51,469 nt of DNA from the sequence record SRR22947725_508. One strand, written 5' to 3'. The translations under genes were made by a program, and so were the position numbers. The notes under the pieces were generated by a model. That model was not told where the DNA came from. It saw nothing but the letters and a program-made list of their open reading frames with translations, and did not search any database. The number at the start of each line of letters is the position of its first letter. Within the stretch, counting starts at the first letter, position 1. This document shows, one piece after another, positions 37,598 through 46,686 of this stretch.

Positions 37598-39037
37598 ATG
37601 AAAAAACAGCACTTAGATAAAATTATTTCACTATGCAAAAGAAAAGGGTTTGTATTCCCAAACTCTGAAATCTACGGTGGACTTAAAGCCTCTTATGATT
37701 ATGGTCCTTTAGGAGTAGAGCTTAAAAAGTCAATCTCAGAGTTATGGTGGAAAGAAATGACGCAGTCTCATCAAAATATTGTTGGGCTTGATAGCGCTAT
37801 CATGGTACATCCAGATGTATGGGAAGCTAGTGGCCATATTGCCAATTTCAACGACCCTATGACGGATAACAAAGATAATAAAAAAAGATACCGTATTGAT
37901 GATCTTTTATCTCAACAAAAATCAAAAGTAATTGATGCTATATGTGTTGCATTAAAAATAGATAGCACTAAAAATGATGATATCTATAATGATATCGCAC
38001 ATACTTTATTGTCTGACGGATCTAAATCTGATAGTGTTTTAGAAGAAGCTGGTGTTATTGATCCATTTTCTGGGTCTATTGGAAAATGGACGCCCGCTGT
38101 TCAATTCAACTTAATGTTTAAAACTGATGCTGGCCCTTCTGAAAAGACAGGGAAACATATATACCTTAGGCCGGAAACTGCTCAAGGAATGTTTATTAAT
38201 TACTTATTAGTTCAAAATACTATGAGACTAAAAGTACCATTTGGAATTGCTCAAATTGGAAAAGCCTTTCGTAATGAGATTGTAGCAAGAAACTTTATAT
38301 TTAGAACGAGAGAATTTGAACAGATGGAAATGCAATATTTTGTTCATCCGTCAAAAGATGTTGAAAGCATGGATTTTTGGAAAGAAAAAAGATTAGATTT
38401 TTACTTAAATCATTTAGGGATTAATTCTGAAAATTTAAAATTTCATCAACATTCCAAGGATGCTTTAGCTCACTATGCTAAAGATGCATATGATATTGAA
38501 TATAATTTTCCATTTGGTTGGGGCGAAGTTGAAGGAATCCACAATAGAACAGACTTTGATCTCAAGCAACATGAAAATCTATCAGGTAAAAATATGACTT
38601 ACTTTGATACAAAAGCTCAGGAAAAATATCATCCTTATATTATTGAAACATCAACAGGTCTAAATAGGCTTTTTTTAATGGTTCTTTGTGAGGCTTATTT
38701 TGAAGATACAGAAAATAATAGAGTTGTATTACAACTGCCTTATGAGTTGGCTCCTATTAAAGCGGTCATATGTCCTCTTGTAAAAAAAGATGGATTGCCT
38801 GAAAAGGCGATGTCTGTTTTTAAAACACTAAATCAAGAATTCTCCTGTATTTATGATGAACAAGGATCTATTGGAAAGCGCTATTATAGGCAAGATGAAG
38901 CTGGTACTCCATTTGGGATTACCTTAGATCATCAAACACTAGAAGATAATTCTGTAACAATACGAGAAAGAGACTCAATGAAACAAACTCGTATCTCTAT
39001 AGAAAAAATCTCTACATTCATTCAAGATAATAAATAG
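37598..39037 (+). CDS. glyS: Glycine--tRNA ligase, homodimeric (alpha2) type
   Basis: EIYGG....YDYGPLG, YLRPETAQG, GKAFRNEI, FRTREFEQME, GSIGKRY.RQDE.GTP. Confidence 0.95.
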   Translation: MKKQHLDKIISLCKRKGFVFPNSEIYGGLKASYDYGPLGVELKKSISELWWKEMTQSHQNIVGLDSAIMVHPDVWEASGHIANFNDPMTDNKDNKKRYRIDDLLSQQKSKVIDAICVALKIDSTKNDDIYNDIAHTLLSDGSKSDSVLEEAGVIDPFSGSIGKWTPAVQFNLMFKTDAGPSEKTGKHIYLRPETAQGMFINYLLVQNTMRLKVPFGIAQIGKAFRNEIVARNFIFRTREFEQMEMQYFVHPSKDVESMDFWKEKRLDFYLNHLGINSENLKFHQHSKDALAHYAKDAYDIEYNFPFGWGEVEGIHNRTDFDLKQHENLSGKNMTYFDTKAQEKYHPYIIETSTGLNRLFLMVLCEAYFEDTENNRVVLQLPYELAPIKAVICPLVKKDGLPEKAMSVFKTLNQEFSCIYDEQGSIGKRYYRQDEAGTPFGITLDHQTLEDNSVTIRERDSMKQTRISIEKISTFIQDNK

Positions 39038-39047
39038 GGAACATTAT

Positions 39048-39776
39048 ATGAGATCTGCTAATCCAGCATTAAATAATAATACTTTTAGAAGTACACGACG
39101 TTTTTCCGGTTCTGAGGCAATGACAATTGATGGCACAGTCAACAAAACTGCACTTGGATTATTGCTATTGATGACAACTGCAATTTATAGTTGGAATAAT
39201 CCAGCAACAGCTCTGATGCTATTTTGGCCAATTACTATTTTCACATTTATTCTATTGATGATTACTATTTTTAATAAAAAAACCGCGCCATATACTGTTC
39301 CTCTCTATTGTCTTGCTGAAGGAGTAGTGCTTGGTGGAATATCTGCTATGGTAGATGCCATGTATCCTGGAATCGCTAATCAAGCAATTTTTCTCACTTT
39401 TGGAATCTTGACTGCCCTCTTATTGTTATATAAAAGCAGATTAATTTCCGTAACAGATAATTTCAGATTAGGTGTATTTTCTGCCACATTTGGTATTCTT
39501 ATAGTCTATGTTCTTAATATGATCTTGTCATTTTTTGGAGTCTCATTTATGGGTTCGCTCTTTGGAAATGGTACTACTGGTATTCTATTTTCCTTATTTG
39601 TGATTGGAATTGCATCAATGAACTTGGTATTAGATTTTGATTTTATCGAACAAGGCGCAGAAAAAGGTGCCCCAAAATATATGGAATGGTACGGGGCATT
39701 TGGGCTCATGATTACCTTAATTTGGCTTTACATTGAAATCTTAAATCTTCTGATGAAATTGAGAAGCAGAAGGTAA
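39048..39776 (+). CDS. Bax inhibitor-1/YccA-like membrane protein
   Basis: MRS.NP, MT..GT.NKT, LVLDFD.IE.G...GAPK.MEWYGAFGL..TL.WLY.E.L; about 7 TM segments. Confidence 0.85.
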   Translation: MRSANPALNNNTFRSTRRFSGSEAMTIDGTVNKTALGLLLLMTTAIYSWNNPATALMLFWPITIFTFILLMITIFNKKTAPYTVPLYCLAEGVVLGGISAMVDAMYPGIANQAIFLTFGILTALLLLYKSRLISVTDNFRLGVFSATFGILIVYVLNMILSFFGVSFMGSLFGNGTTGILFSLFVIGIASMNLVLDFDFIEQGAEKGAPKYMEWYGAFGLMITLIWLYIEILNLLMKLRSRR

Positions 39777-39797
39777 AAGTCTACCTCCTTTAAAAGA

Positions 39798-39826
39798 TTG
39801 ACATTAACCTCCTCTTACAATAAGTT
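39798..39826 (+). promoter_or_regulatory. Putative promoter of the TonB-dependent receptor
   Basis: TTGACA-17 bp-TAAGTT. Confidence 0.65.
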
Positions 39827-39838
39827 ACGGAAACTAAG

Positions 39839-39874
39839 GGTAATCTTACCTCTATAGAGATAGAGGTACGTACC
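39839..39874 (+). promoter_or_regulatory. 5'-UTR stem-loop of the TonB-receptor mRNA
   Basis: TACCTCTAT-agag-ATAGAGGTA (39847-68), extended by GGTA/TACC; begins a few nt after the predicted TSS. Confidence 0.55.
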
Positions 39875-39915
39875 AAATTTTTATTAATATGTACATAAAA
39901 AAAGGAAGAAAAACA

Positions 39916-42708
39916 ATGAGAAAGCTATATAATGTGATAGCGCTAGTTATGATGTCCGGCTTTATGTTTGCACAAGGTTCAGTCTCAGGTACCGTGACTG
40001 ATGGAGCAGGTAATGCTCTATTTGGTGCAAATGTAACAGTTCAAGGAACATCATCTGGTGCTGCAACAGCAGCCGACGGATCATATTCAGTCGACGGTGT
40101 GTCAAGTGGTTCATATACTGTAACTGCTTCATACATTGGATATGAATCTGCAAGTGTTTCTGTAAATGTAGATGGTTCTGCAACCGCAAACTTTTCACTA
40201 GCATCTAGTGCAGTTTCTGGTAATTCTGTTTCAGTTCTTGGATCTCGTTTTGCAAGAAATGTTGACGAACAAGCAGTTCCAGTAGAAGTCATTACTGAGC
40301 TTGAAATTCGTGCATCTGGTTTCACTGAAACCAATGACTTATTACAAGCATTAGTTCCGTCATATAATGCGCCTAAAGGCTACATTACTGATGGTTCTGA
40401 CCATATGAGACCTGCTACTTTACGTGGCATGGCGCCAAATCAGACTCTAGTACTAGTAAATGGTAAGAGACGTCATCAAGGTGCATTAGTACACGTAAAC
40501 GGTTCAGTTGGTCGTGGTTCAACTCAGGTTGACTTAAATGCTATCCCAGCAAGTGCAATTGCTAAAATTGAAGTCTTGCGTGATGGTGCTGCAGCGAAAT
40601 ACGGTTCAGATGCTGTCGCAGGTGTTATTAATTTAATTTTAAAAGAAACAGGTGGAGCGGACATGAGCGTTACCTACGGTCGAAATGATTCTTATTTCGA
40701 CAGAGGGTATGCAGCTGGTGAAGGCTTGATCGATGGTCAAGATGACTCAACTTATGGTTGGGATCTTGATGGTGAAGGTTACCATGAAGGTACTGGATAC
40801 TTGCCATATACCGCAGAGCGTGGATGGGCACGTTCAGGAAATGAAACAGTACACAAAACAGATGGAAGAAACCTAATTATTCACGCTGGTAACGGCATGG
40901 AAGTATTTGGTGGTAATCTATATGTTAGTGGTCAAATTCGTGACGGTGGTCGTACAAACCGTGCGGGTCTAGACCCAAGAAGACAATACTTTGCTGGCAT
41001 GGATGCAGAAGAAGCTGCATTTGACAGAGAAAATCATCGTATTGGCGCTGGTAATTTTGAACAAGTAAGTATGATGTGGAACGGTAGTTTCCCAATGGAA
41101 CGTGGTACTTTATACACATTCGGTGGATTCAATAGCCGTGACGGTGAAAGTGGATGTTATTACAGAAGAGCACAAGATAATCGTACTCTACGTGCATGGT
41201 ATCCAGATGGATTTTTACCTTTAATCAGTCCTACCCTATCTGACAAATCTATGGCAATAGGAATGAAAGGACTTATGGGAGATTATGCATATGATCTAAG
41301 TGTAAATACTGGATCAAATGACTTCCAATGGGGTATGAAAGATAGTCATAATGCAACTTACGGTACAGGCCCAGACCAACAATCTGAGTTTGATCTAGGA
41401 ACATTAGGCTATAGTCAAACTACTATAAACTTTGATGTGACAACACAAATGGACATGGAAGGATTTGCTGGACCAGTAAGTCTTGCTATGGGTGCTGAAA
41501 TGCGCATGGAAAACTATACTATTGAAGCTGGTGAAGAAGCAGGTTATGCTGACGGCGGTTTTGATGTATTAGATGGACCAAATGCTGGTGCTTCTGCAGC
41601 AGTAGGTTGTCAATGTTTACCAGGATTAGCTCCTAATAATGAGCAAGATCGTGACAGAGACGCATTTAGTGTCTATGTTGATGCTGAAGCAGACGTTCTT
41701 GATAACTTGTTAGTAAACGTAGCATTAAGAACAGAAAATTATAGCGACTTTGGACAAACAACTAATGGTAAAGTAGCAATGAGATATGAGTTACAAGATG
41801 GTGTAGCTGCTAGAGGTTCATTTAGCACAGGATTTAGAGCACCAGCTTTACAAGAAGCTTACTTCTCATCTATTGCGACTAACTTTATCGATGGAATCCC
41901 TTATGAAGTAGGAACATTCCCAGTTGATACAGAGCCAGCTAGAGCTTTAGGCGCACAAGACCTAGAGCCAGAAACATCAACAAACCTTTCAGCGGGTATG
42001 ACTTATAAAGATGATACATTTACTGTATCTGTAGACGCTTATCAAATTAAAGTAGATGACCGTATTACTATGAGTGAAACCTTCAATGGTTCTGGTGCAA
42101 CTTCTGATATGGCAACATTTTTTGCTGACAGAGGAATTCCAGCAGTTGGTGGTAGATATTTCTTTAACGGAATTAATACTGAAACAAATGGTTTAGACAT
42201 AGTTGCGACTATGAAACAAGACCTCTCAAATGGTTCACTGCTTCTTAAAGCAGCTATGAACTTTAATGATACTGAAGTTACCAATAAGGGTGATCTTGTA
42301 ACTCCAGCAGCATTAGCTGACTATACAACTGACCAGTTGTTAGGACGTGCTAATACTGTAAGGTTTGAAAGTTCATCTCCTGCGGAAGCATTCCAGTTTT
42401 CAGCGAGAGTTCAAAGACCAACTACAACTTGGATGGTTAAGCTTAACCGTTGGGGTGAAGTAACAATTCCTGCAGGAACAGTTGAAAGAGAACAAGTTTT
42501 AAGTGGCAAATGGACTACTGACATGGAATACTCATTCCAGGCTAACAGTCAAGTACGTGTTTCATTTGGTGTGAACAACATGTTCGATGTGTATCCTGAC
42601 AAAACTATTAAGAGAAATAGTTTCAATGGAATATTCCAGCATTCTGGATATAGTCCATTTGGATTTAACGGACGTTACGTATATACGCGTCTAGATATGA
42701 CACTATAA
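39916..42708 (+). CDS. TonB-dependent receptor with N-terminal carboxypeptidase-regulatory-like domain
   Basis: Signal peptide MFA|Q; VSGTVTD..G.AL.GA.V, plug motifs LRG..P.QTLVLVNGKR and IEVLRDGAAA.YGSDAVAGVIN, STGFRAP.L, L.PETS, GVNN.FD.YP. Start 39916 follows AGGAAG. Confidence 0.93.
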   Translation: MRKLYNVIALVMMSGFMFAQGSVSGTVTDGAGNALFGANVTVQGTSSGAATAADGSYSVDGVSSGSYTVTASYIGYESASVSVNVDGSATANFSLASSAVSGNSVSVLGSRFARNVDEQAVPVEVITELEIRASGFTETNDLLQALVPSYNAPKGYITDGSDHMRPATLRGMAPNQTLVLVNGKRRHQGALVHVNGSVGRGSTQVDLNAIPASAIAKIEVLRDGAAAKYGSDAVAGVINLILKETGGADMSVTYGRNDSYFDRGYAAGEGLIDGQDDSTYGWDLDGEGYHEGTGYLPYTAERGWARSGNETVHKTDGRNLIIHAGNGMEVFGGNLYVSGQIRDGGRTNRAGLDPRRQYFAGMDAEEAAFDRENHRIGAGNFEQVSMMWNGSFPMERGTLYTFGGFNSRDGESGCYYRRAQDNRTLRAWYPDGFLPLISPTLSDKSMAIGMKGLMGDYAYDLSVNTGSNDFQWGMKDSHNATYGTGPDQQSEFDLGTLGYSQTTINFDVTTQMDMEGFAGPVSLAMGAEMRMENYTIEAGEEAGYADGGFDVLDGPNAGASAAVGCQCLPGLAPNNEQDRDRDAFSVYVDAEADVLDNLLVNVALRTENYSDFGQTTNGKVAMRYELQDGVAARGSFSTGFRAPALQEAYFSSIATNFIDGIPYEVGTFPVDTEPARALGAQDLEPETSTNLSAGMTYKDDTFTVSVDAYQIKVDDRITMSETFNGSGATSDMATFFADRGIPAVGGRYFFNGINTETNGLDIVATMKQDLSNGSLLLKAAMNFNDTEVTNKGDLVTPAALADYTTDQLLGRANTVRFESSSPAEAFQFSARVQRPTTTWMVKLNRWGEVTIPAGTVEREQVLSGKWTTDMEYSFQANSQVRVSFGVNNMFDVYPDKTIKRNSFNGIFQHSGYSPFGFNGRYVYTRLDMTL

Positions 42709-42733
42709 TAGTAACATTATTATAACTGAATAA

Positions 42734-42770
42734 AATAAAAAGCCTCTATTTTTTTTAGAGGCTTTTTATT
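42734..42770 (+). terminator. Intrinsic terminator (symmetric, possibly bidirectional)
   Basis: AATAAAAAGCCTCTA-T7-TAGAGGCTTTTTATT, 25 nt after the receptor stop codon. Confidence 0.85.
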
Positions 42771-42782
42771 ATCTTACATATC

Positions 42783-44573
42783 ATGAGAAATCATTGCACC
42801 ATACTAACAATAAGCATATTCATATTAATAGGTTGTAATCAACCTAAAAATAATCAAGGCGGAGTCTCTTCTACATCCAGTATTGCTTCACAAGTAGGTA
42901 TTGATTTCTTAGAACAAGGCGGCAATGCTTTCGATGCTATTGTAGCAACAGGATTTACATTGGCAGTTACTTCCCCTTCTAATGGCAACCTTGGTGGTGG
43001 TGGCTTTTTAGTAGCTTATACCAAGGATGGTGGAGCAATTAGTTTAGATTTTCGTGAAGAAGCACCCGCATTATCATATGAGACTATGTTTCTTGATGAA
43101 AATGATGAATACAGTCGCGATCTTGCGCTTAATTCTCACAAGTCTTCAGGGGTACCGGGAACAGTTAATGGGTTGGTTAAAATTTTTAATGATTATGGTT
43201 CGGGTAATTTTACCTTAGAAGAAATCATGGCTCCTGCAATTCATTATGCAGAAAATGGTCATCTTATTAATAGTTCAGCTGCGAGCGGTTTTGATAACTA
43301 TAAATCACTTTTCTTAAATGACAAAGGCGCCACTGAAATTTTTGTAAAAGAGATAGACAGCGATATGTTGAATGCACAAAGAGCATTAAAAGACGGGTCT
43401 ATATCTAAAGAAGATTATGCAAAGGAACTAGCAAGTATTGATCAGTGGAAAACAGGTGATTTGTTAGTACAAAAAGATTTAGCAAATACATTAAAGCGTA
43501 TTGCAAAAAGTGGGAGTGCTGGATTTTACGAAGGTGAAACAGCTGAACTTATTATAGAAGAAATGCGCGCCAATGATGGATTTATTACTAAAGAAGACTT
43601 GTTAAGTTATGATTCAGTTTATAGAAATCCAGTAGAAGGAACATACAGAGGGAATAAGGTTATTTCAATGGGACCACCAAGCTCAGGTGGCGCTTTACTA
43701 ATACAAATGTTAAATATGATTGAAAATTTTGATATCAAGTCTATGGAAAGAAATTCTTCAAGCTTTGTACATCTTTTAACGGAAGTACAACGCCTTGCAT
43801 ATGCTGATAGAGCAATTCACTTAGGAGATCCAGATTTTTGGCCTAACCCAATTCCTATGCTAACCTCTAAGGATTATGCAAAAGAAAGATTGTCGTTAAT
43901 CTCTATGGATTCAGCAACTCGTAGTACAGAAATTGCTGCAGGAAAAGCCCTTCCTAAAGAAAGCGTCGAAACAACACATTATTCGGTGATGGATAACCAA
44001 GGTAATGTTGTTGGTATTACTACTACGCTCAATATGAGCTATGGTAGTAAAAAAGTTGTTGATGGTGCAGGATTTTTATTAAATAATGAAATGGATGATT
44101 TTTCATCTAAGCCGGGTACAGCCAATGCCTTTGGTTTGATAGGATATAAAGCAAATGCTATTCAACCTTTTAAACGCCCATTAAGCTCTATGAGTCCTAC
44201 AGTTGTTATTGACAATGAAGGAAATCCCATATTAACAATTGGCGCTGCCGGCGGATCAAGAATTATTACTGCAGTTCTACAGAATATTATTAGCATTATT
44301 GATCATGAATTAGACATTCAACAAGCAATTGATTTTCCAAGAACTCATTCTCAGTGGTTGCCAGATAATCTAAGATATGAAAAAGATGCACTCACCAAAC
44401 AAACTATTAGCGAGCTAGAAGCATTAGATCATATTTTTGAACATAATGGTACTGTAGAAAATGGAGTATATTCACTTGCTCAAACACATGGCGTACATTT
44501 TAAAGATAATAAATTTATAACTGGTTTTGATAAAAGAGGGACATACGATGAAAACGAAGGTGTTACGTATTAA
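42783..44573 (+). CDS. ggt: Gamma-glutamyltransferase (lipoprotein)
   Basis: Lipobox LIGC; GGNAFDA, GGGGF, DFRE.AP, GVPGTV, PPSSGG, ETTHYS (nucleophile Thr), LNNEMDDF, RPLSSMSP, GGSRI. Confidence 0.95.
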   Translation: MRNHCTILTISIFILIGCNQPKNNQGGVSSTSSIASQVGIDFLEQGGNAFDAIVATGFTLAVTSPSNGNLGGGGFLVAYTKDGGAISLDFREEAPALSYETMFLDENDEYSRDLALNSHKSSGVPGTVNGLVKIFNDYGSGNFTLEEIMAPAIHYAENGHLINSSAASGFDNYKSLFLNDKGATEIFVKEIDSDMLNAQRALKDGSISKEDYAKELASIDQWKTGDLLVQKDLANTLKRIAKSGSAGFYEGETAELIIEEMRANDGFITKEDLLSYDSVYRNPVEGTYRGNKVISMGPPSSGGALLIQMLNMIENFDIKSMERNSSSFVHLLTEVQRLAYADRAIHLGDPDFWPNPIPMLTSKDYAKERLSLISMDSATRSTEIAAGKALPKESVETTHYSVMDNQGNVVGITTTLNMSYGSKKVVDGAGFLLNNEMDDFSSKPGTANAFGLIGYKANAIQPFKRPLSSMSPTVVIDNEGNPILTIGAAGGSRIITAVLQNIISIIDHELDIQQAIDFPRTHSQWLPDNLRYEKDALTKQTISELEALDHIFEHNGTVENGVYSLAQTHGVHFKDNKFITGFDKRGTYDENEGVTY

Positions 44574-45516
44574 TAAATCATTCACAACGCTACTATTAGC
44601 GACAATAATTCTTTTAATTAGTTGCGGTGACAGCAATAGAGCAACACAGTCTACTGTACCAACACCAATTGTTGTATACACACCAGGTGACTTAGTATCT
44701 GATGGACAAGGATATATTCAATATAGAGTAGGAAATACTCCTGTAATTATTACTGTGCCACATGATGGAACTTTAGTGCCTTCAAATATGTCAGATAGAA
44801 TGGGAGATACTGAGCGTGCTGTAAATACCAGAAAAGTTGCTGAACAATTTGCGGTATTTTTCAATGCAAACTCAGATGGTCTTTTCCCGCATATCATTTA
44901 TAATAATTTAAGTCGTACAAAATTAGATCCTGATGCTAATTTAATGGATGGCGCTCAGGGTAATAGTTATGCTAACCAATCATATGGTACATATCATAGC
45001 TATTTGCAAACAGCAATTGATTCTGTTGAAGCAAACTTTGATTCAGGTATATTATTAAATCTAGTTGAACATGATAATGCAACACAACAATTTGAGCTTG
45101 GTTATCTACTTTCAGAGAGTGACTTGAATTTATCCGATGAAGTACTTAATACTGGCTACAGCACCCTATCTAGCATCAGCCAATTATCTTCTATTTCTTC
45201 GGGATCTTTTGCAGAAGTACTAAGAGGATATGGTAGTTTTGGTGAGTACTTATTTACAGCGTCCTATAACGGCTCTTCTTATCAAGTAGTGCCAACTCTG
45301 GACAATCCAAATGCTCCTTCAGATGGATATACTTTAGGGGGGTATACTTTAACAACTTACGGTAAAGAAAGATTGGGTAAAATTAATGCTATTGAAGTAG
45401 CAACTCCATATTCCGGATTTAGAGATAATGCTAATGCTTATCGTGCAGTAGGGGTTGTTCTGGAAGATGCCACTTACAAATTTTATCAAGAACAGCTTGG
45501 TATTTCTTTATACTAA
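44548..45516 (+). CDS. Lipoprotein with an N-formylglutamate amidohydrolase-like fold and degenerate motifs
   Basis: Lipobox LISC; YIQYRVGN.PVIITVPHDG, PH.I.NNL.R.KLD, YH..L, ELGY, GGYT...YG. Start 44548 follows GAGGGA. Confidence 0.6.
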   Translation: MKTKVLRINKSFTTLLLATIILLISCGDSNRATQSTVPTPIVVYTPGDLVSDGQGYIQYRVGNTPVIITVPHDGTLVPSNMSDRMGDTERAVNTRKVAEQFAVFFNANSDGLFPHIIYNNLSRTKLDPDANLMDGAQGNSYANQSYGTYHSYLQTAIDSVEANFDSGILLNLVEHDNATQQFELGYLLSESDLNLSDEVLNTGYSTLSSISQLSSISSGSFAEVLRGYGSFGEYLFTASYNGSSYQVVPTLDNPNAPSDGYTLGGYTLTTYGKERLGKINAIEVATPYSGFRDNANAYRAVGVVLEDATYKFYQEQLGISLY

Positions 45517-45535
45517 TTTAGTAGGGTAGAAAAAA

Positions 45536-46630
45536 TTATTTTAGTGCATTAGCCTTGTTAAGATACTCTGTAGCATCTTCCAATCTACCTTCACCAAAAT
45601 ACGTTCTATATACTCCATAGTAGTATTGTGCATTATTTGGATCAGCATCGATTAGTTCTAGATAGTATGTTCTAGATTTTCTCCATCTTTCCGCTTGCTC
45701 CAAAGCTTTAGCAAGACCTAATAAAGCCTCTTTATCATCTGGAGCTAAAAAATATGCTTCTTCAAAATTATATTCTGCTTCATCAAATTCATTCATTTTT
45801 AAATAGACTAAACCTCTATTAAAGAATAAATCTACTTTTTCTTTATCGTCTTCAGAATTCTCGATTGCTGCATTAAGATTCTTTAGTGCTGGCTCAAATT
45901 CATCTTTTGCCAGATATAAGGCGCCCAAGCTTTTAAGGGCAGGTACTTCATTAGGATTAATTGCTAATGCACTCTCATAATAACTTAATCCTTTATTAAA
46001 ATCTCCCAATCGAACTGCGCTTTGCCCGGCACTAACTAGCAATGCTAGTTGAACATCTTGTGGTACATCCGGTAATTCTAGTGCTTGATCGATATATTTA
46101 AATGCATTGTCTTTGTCACCCTTTACTGAATAATAAAGCCCAAGTAATGCATAGGATCCTGGTTGTGCTGGATCTAATTCTTTAGCCTGCATAGACGTTT
46201 CAATAGCTTGATCTATCAGTGCATTTCTTTTATCTATATCGCTTACTCTATTTAATAGGCCTAAAAATCCAGATGCTCTATAATAGAGTAGGTTATAACT
46301 TTTTGTTAATGATGCTGCAACAGCTTGTGACATCAATATTTTTCTATCGTTAGCTGTAGGTCTAATTTTAGTGTTTTTTGAGGCTGTACTAGCAATATCC
46401 ATGTACTGCTTCACTTTCCCCCATTCTTGAGACCTTGGATAAATTTTATCTCCTAGATGAAATGCAGCTTCCCATTTATCTTTTGGATGATTCAATGCTT
46501 TAAGCAAAAATTCTTCTGCCTTATCCCATTCTTTATCTTTTAATCTAATTTTTGCTGACTCTAAGTCCTGCCCAGCAAATAGCGTAGAAACTAATATTAA
46601 TCCAATAAAAAAGTTTTTAATAGTGCTCAT
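45536..46630 (-). CDS. Secreted tetratricopeptide-repeat protein
   Basis: Signal peptide; several TPR units (ALAINPN...AL..LG.LY, FNRG.VYL, L.PDD.EAL.GLA); GGAGG SD. Confidence 0.85.
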   Translation of the reverse strand: MSTIKNFFIGLILVSTLFAGQDLESAKIRLKDKEWDKAEEFLLKALNHPKDKWEAAFHLGDKIYPRSQEWGKVKQYMDIASTASKNTKIRPTANDRKILMSQAVAASLTKSYNLLYYRASGFLGLLNRVSDIDKRNALIDQAIETSMQAKELDPAQPGSYALLGLYYSVKGDKDNAFKYIDQALELPDVPQDVQLALLVSAGQSAVRLGDFNKGLSYYESALAINPNEVPALKSLGALYLAKDEFEPALKNLNAAIENSEDDKEKVDLFFNRGLVYLKMNEFDEAEYNFEEAYFLAPDDKEALLGLAKALEQAERWRKSRTYYLELIDADPNNAQYYYGVYRTYFGEGRLEDATEYLNKANALK

Positions 46631-46657
46631 AAATATATATCCTCCAGTTATAGCAAC

Positions 46658-46686
46658 AAGTTAGTAGTATTATTATCAGATTTCAA
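46658..46686 (-). promoter_or_regulatory. Putative promoter of the TPR gene
   Basis: TTGAAA-17 bp-TAACTT on the minus strand. Confidence 0.45.

Noticed and set aside
39833-39915. Cobalamin or TPP riboswitch ahead of the TonB receptor
   Set aside because: The leader is too short and lacks the B12-box and the TPP CTGAGA core; kept only as a generic stem-loop.
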